The translations under genes and the position numbers were made by a program. This document shows positions 48,853 through 60,676 of a stretch of 64,000 bases of DNA, one piece after another. The stretch is from Massalongia carnosa (taxonomy: Eukaryota), in NCBI GenBank assembly GCA_965645245.1, contig OZ287067.1, positions 248,001-312,000 of the forward strand, given 5' to 3'. Position 1 is the stretch's first letter. Each line of letters starts with the position of its first letter. Under the pieces are notes generated by a model. That model saw only the letters and a list, made by a program, of their open reading frames with translations. It made no database searches and was not told the DNA's origin.

Positions 48853-51800
48853 CTATGCCTCGTGGCATTGGCAACGGGGAATTCGACAGGGGTTTAGATG
48901 AGGGCCGGCCGCATTGGGATAGGCTTGGTGGTATTCGTCTATGACTTGCTGACAATTGATGAGATAGTTGAAAGGCTCCCAGGTGGAAGGATGCCCTTCC
49001 CAATCCACTAGGTATTTCAGAAGCGGGGGTTGAAAACGTCGGTCGAGCTTGGAATTCAATACCCTATTGACATACCATTCTCGTTGGCCATCTTCGGCGA
49101 TGACGGGGTCTCTAGGCTCCGGTCTCTGCCCGGGGAGAGGGTCATTGGCATCATGCTGCAACAGATTGACGTGAAAGACGGGATGGATTTTGACGGTATC
49201 GGGAAGCTCCAGCTGTACGATCAAGGGGTTGGAAAACACCTTGCTGACGCGGTAGGGGCCGATATTTCGGTCATCCAGCTTGACTGTGGGGCGAGCGGTT
49301 TGGATATTTCTGGTGCTTAGCCACACCATATCGCCAACGAAATAGCGGGGGCAGGGACGTCGGTTAGCATTTGCAGTTGCTTCGTACGAAGCTTGGGCCA
49401 TCAGCATTTCGTCTCGAAGATGAGTGTCGATATCCTGCATCTTATTCACGAACTGATTGGCTGCAACTAGGTTTGCTCTGCCCTGAGCGGTTAGGTCTTG
49501 CGGCAGGGGTTCCTCCGGTTCAAATCCCATGCGGGGATGTTGCCCGAAGTTGGCTAGGAAGGGGGAGGCCAGGATACTAGATGAATCGGTGTTATTGCTG
49601 GCGAATTCGGCGCCAGGAAGCCATTGTGCCCAGTCATCCTGCATGTAGTTGACATAAGCCCTTAGGTAGTGCTCCATGGTGGCGTTGGCTCGCTCGGTCT
49701 GCCCGTCGGTCTCCGGGTGGTATCCGGTGGATAGCTTGGCGTCGATTTTCAGCCTCTTGCACATGAGCTGCCAGAAATCGGAGACGAATTGGGGGCCACG
49801 ATCAGAAACCATGGCTTCGGGAAGCCCATGTAGTTTCCAGACATTCTGATAGAACGCATCGGCGGCGTCTTCAACTTCCATGGACGTGATAGGAATGAAA
49901 TGTCGCATCTTGGACAGGCGATCTATAACCACCAAGATGTAGCGATAAGTGATTCCAATGAAGGTGCTGGGGGTCAGGGGGCCTACATAATCCATGGAAA
50001 TATCCCGCCATCTGCGCTCGGGGGGGGGGAGTGGGCGTAGCCAGCCCTGATAGCGCTGGCGGGATGGTTTTGATCTTCTGCAAGTGTGGCAGTTTCGGAT
50101 AAATCGCTTGATGGACTGATGCATGCTGGGCCACCAGTAGGATCGATTTACCAACTCATGGCATTTGGAACGGCCCGGATGTCCGCCGGCGACGCTATCG
50201 TGAGCGAGTTGAATGATACGAAGCCTCAGACGATCGGATCGAGGTACGTATTTCTTGTTTCGAAAATACAAGATACCGTCCCTATCTTCGCATTCGGCTA
50301 ATTGGATTCGATTGTGATGCCTCTCGTTATTACGAAGGGCTTCCAGGACTTCGGGGGCGAATTGGTCTCGTGTCAGGGCTTGTTCCCAGAGGAGCTCCGT
50401 GGAGATATCCTCATCGGGATCGATGAGGTCCTCATCTAGCTGAGGTTCTGCTTCTTCGATATCTGCATCATCTAGGAAAGCTGGTGCCAGAAGAATGGAT
50501 CGCAAATAACTTTTTGCGACTTCCTCATCCAGGTTTTCGGTTTTCAAAATGGTTTGGTGTTGAAATTTCCTTCGCTCGTCCGTATCATCCCCTTCTTTAG
50601 GAAGATCTCCCGATCGACGAGTTAGAGCGTCCGGTTTTCCTCCGGCTTTTCCTGGTCGATAGACTATCTTGAAGTCAAATCGAGAGAGAAATTCGCTCCA
50701 TCTAGCTTGGCGACGGCTGAGCTGCTTGGTGGAGGCAAAATACTCCAGGTTTTTGTGGTCGGATATGACGCTGATGGGGAAGGCAGATCCTTCTAGTTCG
50801 GGTCGCCATTCTTCAAAACATCGAACGATTGCCATCAGTTCTTTGTCATAGATCTCGTAGTTGCACTCGGCGGGATTGTGCTTCTTTGAGAAGTAGGCGA
50901 CGGGGTGAAGTATCCCATCATCGTCGTATTGAGAAAGAATGCCCCCCGAAACATAGTCGGAGGCATCGGTTTCGACGATGATGGGACGATCGGGGTCGAA
51001 ATGCCTGAGAATGACATCGGAGGTGAAAGCTTTTTTCAGCATTTCGAATGCCAATTGGCATTTGTCAGTCCACAGGAATTCCGTCTCCTTCTTGGTCAGG
51101 TTGGTTAGGGGGCCAGCTATGTCGCTAAACCCATACACGAATCGTCTATAAAAGTTAGCAAAACCCAGAAAGCTTTGCACATCTTTCACATTGACGAGGT
51201 TTGGCCAATTGACGACGGTTTCCACCTTGGCCGGGTCCATTTTTATCCCTTCGGTGGTCACGATCATCCCTAGGTATGCAATTTCGGTGACATGGAACTT
51301 GCACTTGGTGATGTCGGCTTGCAGGCCTGCATCTCGGAGTCGAGACAGGATTTTTTTGACGTGGACCTCGTGCTCCAGCTCATTGTCACTGTAGATGAGG
51401 ATATCATCTAGGTACGCAGTGCAAAAGTCAGCAAGATACTCGTGAAGCGTATCGTTGATGAAGTGCTGAAATGAGGCGGGCCCGTTGCATAGGCCGAAGG
51501 GTAGGACCAAGGACTCGAAAAGGCCGAAACGAGTGCGAAAAGCGGTGAGTTCTTCGTCTCCTTCTCGTATGCGGAGCATATTGAAGGCGGCGATGATGTC
51601 TATCTTGGTGAATATCTTGGCTTTGATTAATTGGTGCAGGGTCTCGGCGATCAAGGGCAGCGGATAGCGATCCTTAATCGTGATGGCATTCAGAGCACGA
51701 TAATCCACGCAAAATCGAAGTCCCCCACCTGGCTTTTTCACGAACATCACCGGGGAGGCGGCGTGGGAGCGACTAGCCCGAATAAATCCCTTGGCTAGAT

Positions 51801-53311
51801 TTTCGTCGAGGTAGCGGCGGAGCTCCTCGATTTCGGTACGACTCATACCATACAGGGCCTGACTAGGGGCCTGCGTACCTTCTTTCAGGTTTATGGCATG
51901 ATCGTAGGGACGGCGGGGGGGCAAGTCTTCGGATTTCTTCTTCGAGAAGACATCTAGGAATTCGTGGTATTGCTTGGGCAGAAGGGGGGCTGGGTCGACG
52001 TTCTTACTTTCTCGGTAAGCGTCTAACTCTTCACGAGTCACGGCGGTGGCTAGGGTTAGGGCCTTATTCATCTTAAATAAGGCTAGGTGGATTTCTTTCT
52101 CGTGCGGGCTTGCTCGAGATGGCAATGGTTGGTAGGCTGGGCTGGGTTTTTTGGCTTTTTCGATCAAATCGGGGGCTGAACTAGGTGAGGCTTTCATTAC
52201 TAGAGGTTCGGGGATGGTTTTTCCTAGAAAGAGGTCAATTTCTTTCATGGACAGGGCGAAACTATCGTGGTTTTTCTTCCGAGTCAGTCGATTGAAGGAG
52301 ATAGCTCCGATTTCGCAGACATTCATCTGCGGGGTGGTTTTGCGTGCTGCTTGATGAGCACGTCTTTGGGTGGATGTCCGCAATTTGGACGGGCTTCGGT
52401 ATCGGATTTTCGGGGGGGGAAGCCCTTGCTGGATTGCATTTTCAATGCGACTGGGTTCATCGGTGGGGTTTTGAGGCTGGGGTTCGGGTTCATTGATTTC
52501 GGGTTTGATTAAGGTGAAATCGCGCGGCGCGGTTTTGAACAAAGGGATGGATTCCTCGATTTTGACGGGATTGTCAGGAATGGAATTTTTGATTGTGGGA
52601 ATTTCTTCCCCCTCTTCTAGAGAAGTTATCGACGTTCTGATAGACGTGTCTTGATTGATAACTTTTCCTAGGGCGTCTTCGAGGATCTCTTCATCCCAGA
52701 TTTTTCGACTCTCGGCTGGGGTGAGGAATTCTTCCTCAACGGCTTGAAGCTTGACGGGGTGGGGGCAACAGTGAGTGAGGCAGTAGGGGGAGGCAAAGGT
52801 GAGCGTATTATGCCCAAAATCGGCTATGGCGTTATGCCGGCGGAGCCATGGATGGCCCAGGATAATGGGATAATTTTTTAACCCGGTGACATATAGAAAG
52901 AGTTTTTCTACATGACCTTCTAGATCCATGGTGATTTCGGCCACATGAGTGATATTGCCGGATAGAGCCCTTTGGCCGTCGAATCCTTCGAGCCGGCGGG
53001 GATATTTGAGAAGATGAAGGGGAATTTGGTTAGTATGCGCAAATTTCTCATCGATGAATGAAAAGCCAGATGCACCACAATCAATTAGATTATACGTTCT
53101 AATCCTAGATCTAGATAATCGCAAGATACCTGTCATCACCATGTGACTGTCTCTGAACGTCTTATCTGATTCAAACAGCTCCAAAGCGGAGGCTGCGGAA
53201 AATCGCGTATTGGATCTCAAAGAGGGGGAAAAAACTGGCCATCAAACATGAGGAAATGAGAAGGGGGGGGAGTCCCTGCACGCGACGATGTGCAGAGACT
53301 AGGCTTTTCCC
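48853..53311 (-). CDS. pol: Pol of Gypsy E (PR-RT-RH-IN-chromodomain)
   Basis: 1455-aa open frame. Slippery GGGAAAA at 53311-53305. One frame break in the T6/C5 run near 53230. Confidence 0.92.
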
Positions 53312-54440
53312 TGATCAATATCAGGGGCTTCGAGCTCCATGCTCCGAAGGTTGGTTCGCTTGTTGGGACAGTCAGTTGCTGACTTCCCTGGATGCTGCAA
53401 TTTGCAGTAGAAACACAACTTCCAGTCTTCGCAGATTTTGCGGACCCCCTCGGTTTTGAGCGATTGGCCTTTCACCGCTGCCATGGCAGAGCTTAGGTCC
53501 ATGGGGTCGCCAATGAGCAGCGCAGGGGAGGCGGGAGAAGCGACAGGTGCTTTGGCAGCGGGAGCGACTGTCGGGGGAAGTGCTGATAACGGGTTTGGCT
53601 TTTTCGGTGTCGGGGTGATAGTGGTGGTGTTCGCCTTTGGGGCAATGTGGCGGATCTGCCGAAGGCCACGATCTGTCTCCAACCACATGGTGACGTGCTC
53701 GTCGAAGGTGGTTGGTTGCCTTTGGGTTCCGGGGACCCTATACATTAGGGCTGCGGTCTGGGTTGAATAATTCACATTTGCCTTCATGGCATCGATCAGG
53801 CTGGCATCTTCCATCTTGGACCGGTCTTTTTTCTGCGCAAAAAGGTTGTAGTACTCCTCGAAGCTACTACTTCCCTGTTTGAGGATATCGCGAAGGTATT
53901 TGCGAGCATCCTCCTGCTCGTAGGGATTTCCGCATGCGCGGCGGAGGGCTGATCGCCATTCAGCAAATGAGGTGAGTACGCAAAGGCCATCGACCCTGTA
54001 CGCATTCATTAGGTTATGAGCCTTTTTGCCTATGGTGAGTCGGCTTTCGGCATAGGCAATTTTGGCTTGATCGAACGGGTATCGATCATTGTTGACATGC
54101 ATTCTTTGAATCAGGGACTGCTCCCACGCATCCAGCTTGACTTCTTCGCCCTCATACTCCGTGATGTCCGGGAGCTTTTCGGAGCGGATGAGGGAGTTTT
54201 TTGACGCCAGGAGCAGCTGCATCATGGCCATGATTTGCGGATCCAAGGTAGGGGGGGTGGATTTGAGATAGGTATGGGCTCGGAAATAGAAGGGGTATTG
54301 GCATTGTTGCGAAGTTGGTTTACTTCGGCTTCTAGGTTGTCCATTTGACTCAGGAATTGCTGAGGGTCTGCCTGAAGACGTTCCTGAATGAATCGAATAC
54401 GCTTATCCAGCTCGGAGAGGTTCTCTTCTGCTGAAGACAT
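53299..54440 (-). CDS. gag: Gag of Gypsy E, with an apparent frameshift in a C run near 54255
   Basis: ORFs 54222-54440 and 53299-54246 together are collinear with the continuous gag of C. Confidence 0.85.
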
Positions 54441-55644
54441 GATTGAGGGGGAATGAGATAAAGGGAGATGAGGGAAAATGCTATGGAAGGCACTTTTGAA
54501 TGTTGGTCGAACGTAATGTCACGAAATCAGGTCGAGGGCAAGGGCAAAGGCAAGGTGGGTTGATGGTCAAGCTTATTGATTGAGTCTATAGCTATGAATC
54601 TAGGCTAGGCTAGGTTGGCTATTCAAGACGTTCGACAAAGAATCAGAACTTCCATGATTCGACTTCTTTCTTATATCTTTGTCCTCCCATATTCATCTTT
54701 CTAGGGTGGCGGCGAATGATGTCTAGTCAGTGCGATGATGAATGAGGGGCATTATAGCGGCAATAAGCACGATGGGGTCAGCGAGGAGACGGGAGATGTC
54801 AAACATCAATGCGAAGCTATTAGACATGATAATAGTCGAAAGACGGGAATAAATCATCAATGCGAGGCTGATTAATGATCAGTAATCGGCGAATTCGAAG
54901 AATGATATGAGGGTCCCGAAGGCATGGCACGACGTCCGTGAGTAGTCATCAGATCAAGGCACGTGATAGAGGCACGTGGTGAGGTCGGAGGCATTTCATG
55001 ACAAATAGGAGATATCGAAGATCAAAGAAACAAAAGGGTAAGGAGGTGAGGAACAGATATAAAAGAAGGGGTCGAGTCTCGAAAGTTCTGGCTCCTTGTC
55101 CAACGTCTTGAATAGCCAATCTAGCCTAGCTGTAGCTATAGACTCAGTCATTTAGAAAGCTTGACAATCCAATCCAGTCCCCTGACAGATACCATTGTCT
55201 CTGATGTTTGGTTACTTGAACGCGCTCTCTATCTGCCTTCAGATTGATGTGATTTGCGATGATTTGAAGCAAGTTGGAGGAGATAAAAAGACTAGAATAA
55301 ATAAGCTGTAAGGAGTTTGCTCCTTGGATGCAAGCATGCTTTCGGGCTTTCGATATGGCACAGAAATAGGGGAGTATTTAGAGGGGAGAGGAGGTAAAGA
55401 TTTAGTTATTTCGTCAACACTGAGCTTCTGCTTTCCTTTTTGTTGATTTAATATTTCAGATGGTACCACGTCTGATTGGTCCGGAACTTCTATCTCAATA
55501 CCTCGCATGATGAATGGGAATAATCAGGTGAAACATTGATATTCAGGTGTTTACCACACGATAAAAAGGTAAATATTTTAATGTTCGTCCCTCAGCCCTA
55601 CGGTAATGCATTAAACCCTTTTGGGGTGGATGAGTTACCGGCGG

Positions 55645-56230
55645 ATAGCAGTCATGGCAGCCTGCAGGGCTGAGCTAGAACTAATGGGGCTAAGCGAGTA
55701 TTCCAACATCCAACAGGTCTGGCGGGATCTACTTCGGAAGGAATGTCTCCAGGGAGGGGAGTTATCGAGAGAACGTTGGCACTACAGGACGACTCACCCT
55801 CGTCAGTGTTAATCTTACACAACGTACTGCTCATTCCATAGTGTCCAGTGAACCTTATCAGCCTGGCACTACTCAATCGTCATGACATCTACTATGACAA
55901 TCTGAACTGGACCCTATTCCTCCAATCCAGTGGAAGGGTCATAGGGTATGTCCCAAGAGTCAACACCAACTTCATAGTAAAGATCTTGGATACCCCAGAA
56001 GTGGCTGTACGTCTCACACAGATAGACGATCAAACTTTTCAATGGCCCAAGACCGCTGTTTATCATACATGTAACAGAGCGGACTTGACAACATGACATG
56101 CACACCTTGGTCATCTGAACATAACTGTGTTGGAATACTCGCTTAGCCCCATTAGTTCTAGCTCAGCCCTGCAGGCTGCCATGACTGCTATAAGCAGTCA
56201 CCTCCGTAGTAATTTCAACATTATGCCGTC
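55645..56230. repeat. 64-bp inverted repeat pair (55645-55708 and 56128-56191) made of two opposite-facing LTR-like starts
   Basis: Both copies begin TGTTGGAATACTCGCTTAGCCCC. The right copy is a ~103-bp insert flanked by AACTG (56123-56127, 56231-56235). Confidence 0.85.
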
Positions 56231-57905
56231 AACTGTTTATTTAACAAACTGCTTGTTGCACTTATCTAAAGCGACTCGATGTACCTTACTCGGACAATGT
56301 CAGCAAGGATTGGTACTGTCCATCCTGTGAACTCGGAAAGGCTACAAAGATATACAACAGAACACCTTAGGAGAGAGCTACAGGCATCTTTCAAAAGGTT
56401 CATTCAGACCTGATCGGACCCATCAAACCGGCGGGACTTCTCGAGCAAATCTACTTCTTCACCTTCACCTGTGACGCCAACAGATACACACATGTGTGTA
56501 CAGGCATCAAGAAGAACGAGTGGTTCGATCATCTGTCAACATATTACAGCCTGGCTCAGAATAAGACAGTAAAGAGCAAACCAATGGGCGTCTTTCGCAC
56601 CGACTATAGCAACGAACTCCGAAGTCTGAAATCGGACGACTGGTTTTTGAAGGAAGGGATAACGTTTGAACCCTCCGCACCACATTCACAGGAACAGAAC
56701 GGAGTGTCCGAAAGAACAGGCAGGACCATCATGGACATGACCAGGTGTACCATCATCGAAGGAGGCATTCCGGACTATTTATGGACAGAGGTAGTTCTAG
56801 CTATGGTTCATACCAAGAACGTCAGACCTACAAACGCTTTATCTGGAAAGAGCCCCTTTGAAATTTATGAGTCTAAGCCACTTTCTTTAAATCATCTGAG
56901 AGTTTTGGGATCTACTGTATATGTTCTCGTTCATAGAGAAGAACGAGTAGGAGCAAATAGCAAATCGGTCAAGTTCTCACCTCGGGCCCAGCGTGGCATT
57001 CTATGTGGATATGACGGATGCACTACTTATCAGGTTTTCTTGGAAAAGGACTGCAGGGTCATCAGGGTCAAAGATCTGCGCATTCATGAGGTCGCCATCT
57101 GCAAATACCAGACCAACGTTCCTACGTATGATGCCATCATGGCACCCGATACAAACATCCTATCAAAACCAGTTGTCATTTCACCTCCCACTTCAACTCC
57201 TCAACGTGGACGAGGTAGACCCAGAAAGGATATTCATGTGAAGCACATATTGTCTCTGCTCTCCGACAAAGCTTTAGTTGAACCAGACCATGTCCATACA
57301 TCTGAAGACAGACATGCAGAGGACCCACTTGTTCTATTAGCCAGAATCCCTATGAAAGAAGGCAGTCTATTCAGAAATGAATCTCAGGCCTCAGAATCAG
57401 ACATCAAGCAATATCAAGCCATAGTAGGGTCCATCATGTTTGCCATCATATAAGAACGGCCAGATATAGCCTTTGCAACTTCAGTGGTTAGCCGACATGC
57501 CAAAAACCCAGGCAAAACACATATGGAAGCAGCCAAACACATACTCCGATACCTCAGTGCCACCAAAGACAGAAGTATCACCTTTGGTGGAGGAGATATG
57601 TCTGTACAGGGCTATTCCGATTCCGACTGAGCCGGAGACAAGGAAGACAGCAAGTCCACCTCCGGATATGTCTTTATGTTAAATAACGGACCAATCAGTT
57701 GGTGTTCCAGAAGACAACAAACCGTCGCACTCTCATCCACAGAAGCAGAATATATGGCACTTACCTTGGCTGCTAAAGAGACCATATGGATACGCTTATT
57801 GATGACTGAGCTCGGCCTGATGCAGGATGATGCTTCTCCGACAGTGGATGTACTTTGAAGGGAAGGCGCTATAGCACTGAAGGGTGAAAATCAGAATGCT
57901 ATATT
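55709..57905 (+). mobile_element. Degenerate Ty1/Copia remnant with most of RT deleted
   Basis: HLGHLN (gag-pre-integrase), integrase EQNGVSER, RT end RPDIAFA, RNase H YSDSD...[10 protein letters not shown]. Confidence 0.9.
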
Positions 57906-58034
57906 CTACTTATTGTGAACATACAGCTCGCTGAAGTTCAAAAGTACCTCGTACAAAGTTTATTAAACATTCTCATATCAATTTCAAATCTTTTAATCCG
58001 AGCTCCATACCCATTTCTTATCCTATCTCGCAGT

Positions 58035-58803
58035 ATGGTTTCTAAACGCAAAGTCTTCGTCGAACGCATCACCAAAGAAACCAAAGTCCAGGTGTCTCTT
58101 TCACTTGATGGCGGACCCCTTGACTTCCTTCCCGACAACACCAAAATTCCTCAATCCATTCCTGACCAAAATACAGAGCACCATGCCAGCCAAAATACCA
58201 CGTCCCAACAGATATGGATATGGACTGGTGTAGGCTTTCTGGACCATATGTTCCACGCTTTAGCTAAACATGCGGGGTGGAGTCTGCGGATACGCACCCA
58301 TGGAGATTTGGCTAGTAGGTCGCCGTTTTTTATTCTTTAATCCTCACCTATCATTTAGAACCTCGTTACTGGAATGGCCACCAATGATGATAATAGTTGA
58401 TGACCACCACACAACTGAAGACACTTTCCTTGGCCTTGGCGAAGCTTTCTCCAATGCCCTTGGTGACCGTAAGGGCCTGCAGCGCTTTGGTGACGCCTAC
58501 GCACCTCTCGACGAAGCCGTTGCGCGCGCCGTCATCGACATTTCCTCTCGGCCATTTTTTGTTGGCGAGTTCAACTTCAAAAACGCCAAGATCGGCAATC
58601 TGACCTCCCAAATGATACCCCATGGTTTGCAGAGCTTCAGCCAGACCGCTGGCGTGACCCTACATGTGGATGTACTAAAGGGTGACAATGACCATCATCG
58701 CGCGGAGGCGGCATTTAAGGCGTTTGCGATAGCGGTGAAAAGGGCGACGGAGAGGGTGACAGGGAAGGAGGGGGAGGTTATTAGTACTAAGGGCGTCTTG
58801 TAG
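58035..58803 (+). CDS. HIS3: Imidazoleglycerol-phosphate dehydratase (exons 58035-58314 and 58397-58803)
   Basis: RITKETKV, TGVGFLDHM, GDLAIDDHHTTED across a GT-AG intron, APLDEA, GDNDHHRAEAAFKAFA, STKGVL. Confidence 0.97.
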
Positions 58804-59098
58804 GGTTGCTGCTAAGGGCCTGATCAAACGGGTTTCCCAACTCTGGAAATAGTGCGTTCTTCATGAAATGACATTTACCTTAGCTGTTTATCAACAGTGA
58901 AAGTAAAGTCATCAAAAACCTAGTTACTTTGTTTGGAACAATTTTGGCTCCTCTGACTAACTCAATCACTCAAACGGCTCTTTTTATAGTGAACACCTAT
59001 CTTGAAAAATCTCCATGCAACTTGTCAGATTATTCATGAGCTGTGATCAGTATCTAGGCCTATCCGTATATCCTTCCGATAAAATGAGCATACACTAG

Positions 59099-60530
59099 TT
59101 AGCCTGCAACTACAACCGCCCTCCGTAAACTGGTCCAGCCCGAGTTCTCTGCTTTCCTCTCTCACTCCTCTAGCCCGTTGGGGAATTTCTCAACTAATCT
59201 TCTCAATTCGGACACGAGTCTGTTGTACGGTGAGTTAGTGAAACAGACTTCTTGAAAGCCATTATGTGTTCCAACTGGTACGACTTACTTCTCTCGATAT
59301 CCATTGTTGCCTTTGTATAAAATCGAGTCAAGTATGTTAACTCGGCTATGCAAGGAGGTCGTTAGTTCATAGCGTCGAATAGAGTTGAACCATTTCTTAC
59401 GTGGCATACAACGCGTTTCGATCGTCGTAGTCTTCCTCTGGGGGTGAAATTGGGAAGTGTTTGTGATAACGGGTAATGTACGGTTTTCCAATCTTATTCC
59501 ATGGCGCTCGCCAAACTCCGAGATCGTCTGCTTTGTCAGACCGCGTCATAAATTGTCAAAGATCTGATGATTGTACACACACTCATTATGGGCGTAGAAG
59601 CAAGCGGCATCGAATATGATCGGAAGGTCGGTATCTGTGTCCATGCTCGCATTTCCATGCCATAAGTCGCCATGAACAAGGCATGGTTTGATAGTTCAAC
59701 CTCCCGTTTCCAGCGGCCTTAGTAGTCTTGGTACTACCTTTGCGAAGAAAGGTTTGGCCAACGCTATAATCTCATCATTTGGACCCTGGGCTTCTTGCTC
59801 AAGTGATAACAGTGCTTTTGTTCTCGATGTAAAATATTCTTCCCACGTATCTGCCCATCCATGCTCAAGAGGCGTATTACCGTGGTATGTTGAGACTGAA
59901 AAGCCATATTTACCATTGGGTGACGAGCCATTCTTGTGCAATTCCGCCATTTTGGCGGCAAATAAATGAAGATCAGGCAGTTCATCTGTCATATCATGGA
60001 ATTCACAGAGGAAGAAATGCACATCTGCGATTGTGGCATACGTTCCCCAGGCAATGGGACGAGGAACGAGATCTGGTGTTGTTGCATATATTGTCGACAT
60101 AGAAATTAACTCCCCGGACAACATACCTTTAGCTCGGTCCCCAAAAGATGTCTAAGTATACATTCAATATCTCGTTGCTTTAAACTGGAATCTCTGAAGA
60201 CTCCACCTTCAAAAAATATTCAATAGGTAAGTCATTCAATACCCCAGCGAGCCTGGCGGTTCGTGTCCAAAAGCTCGCCCCGTGAGCTGTGATCTCCTTG
60301 ATTCGAATACCTTGGGGCAACCCTATCGAGTTAATTAGACGGAGTAAGGCTAAAAGCTCGTATTATTAACTATAGAGACAGAATTCGTTGGGAAGTTCTT
60401 TTCAACTGCAAATAACGCAATGAGGACTAAATGAACAGAACTTGCTAGTAATAACGTTCGGGTCAATGATCTGAATCGCTTCCTCTGGTACGTCAACCTC
60501 ACCACTATACAAAGTATGTTCGTTAGCCAT
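59099..60530 (-). pseudogene. Fructosamine/ketosamine-3-kinase family gene with premature stop(s)
   Basis: Six exons. Motifs YFLK, PRPIAWG, KYGF, KPCLVHGDLWHGN, IFDAACFYAHNEYDL. In-frame TGA at 59698-59696, just before HGDLW. A second TGA at 59164-59162. Confidence 0.85.
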
Positions 60531-60676
60531 ATTGCTCTCTTTGCTCAGCACGGTGTTCGGATGTAAAACAATAAATCGGATGAACAAAATCAAAGAAGTT
60601 GCGGCCCATGAACATGGTCTCATTCATCCTGGTTGAAGATCTCGCAAGGCTACCAAGTACATGGAGATAACAGACA

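Larger units (their letters stand above)
48323..55003 (-). mobile_element. Ty3/Gypsy chromovirus E, full length and very young
   Basis: 487-bp LTRs 48323-48809 and 54517-55003 with one difference. TSD AATAG. Confidence 0.97.
47957..55187 (+). mobile_element. Solo LTR D (47957-48322 plus 55004-55187), split by Gypsy E
   Basis: TGTCATGAAA...CCTGACA. TSD GATAG/GATAC (one mismatch). The piggyBac frame rejoins across it. Confidence 0.88.
26412..55600 (-). mobile_element. piggyBac-like transposase pseudogene split into five pieces by nested insertions
   Basis: Pieces 55188-~55600, 47567-47956, 27745-27763, 27113-27428 and 26412-26755 rejoin across TSDs. They read WYPTNLSEIGAFLGILLYMG...SIDEQLIMFKGR...GFKLYSLC...VDNFFT...GACGT...AWVDLNTV...YMGGSD. 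One GT-AG intron near 27330-27385. Termini not resolved. Confidence 0.85.

Noticed and set aside
3831..54204. Numerous 60-230-aa antisense or alternate-frame ORFs in the track
   Set aside because: They are shadows of TE coding regions or LTR sequence with no recognisable motifs.
55591..55620. TTAA and CTCAGCCCTA as the piggyBac terminus
   Set aside because: The opposite end is deleted, so TIR and TSD cannot be confirmed. The 10-bp match to the Harbinger palindrome may be chance.
1..57900. Whole island as a single giant element (Starship-like) carrying HIS3
   Set aside because: No tyrosine-recombinase captain or element boundary is visible in the window, and nested insertion explains the structure.
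57915..58340. ORF suggesting an N-terminally extended HIS3
   Set aside because: It starts at GTG and reads into the intron. Homology begins at ATG 58035.
59696..59698. In-frame TGA as selenocysteine or programmed readthrough
   Set aside because: Not a catalytic Cys position, no supporting signal seen, and a second TGA occurs downstream. A nonsense mutation is simpler.
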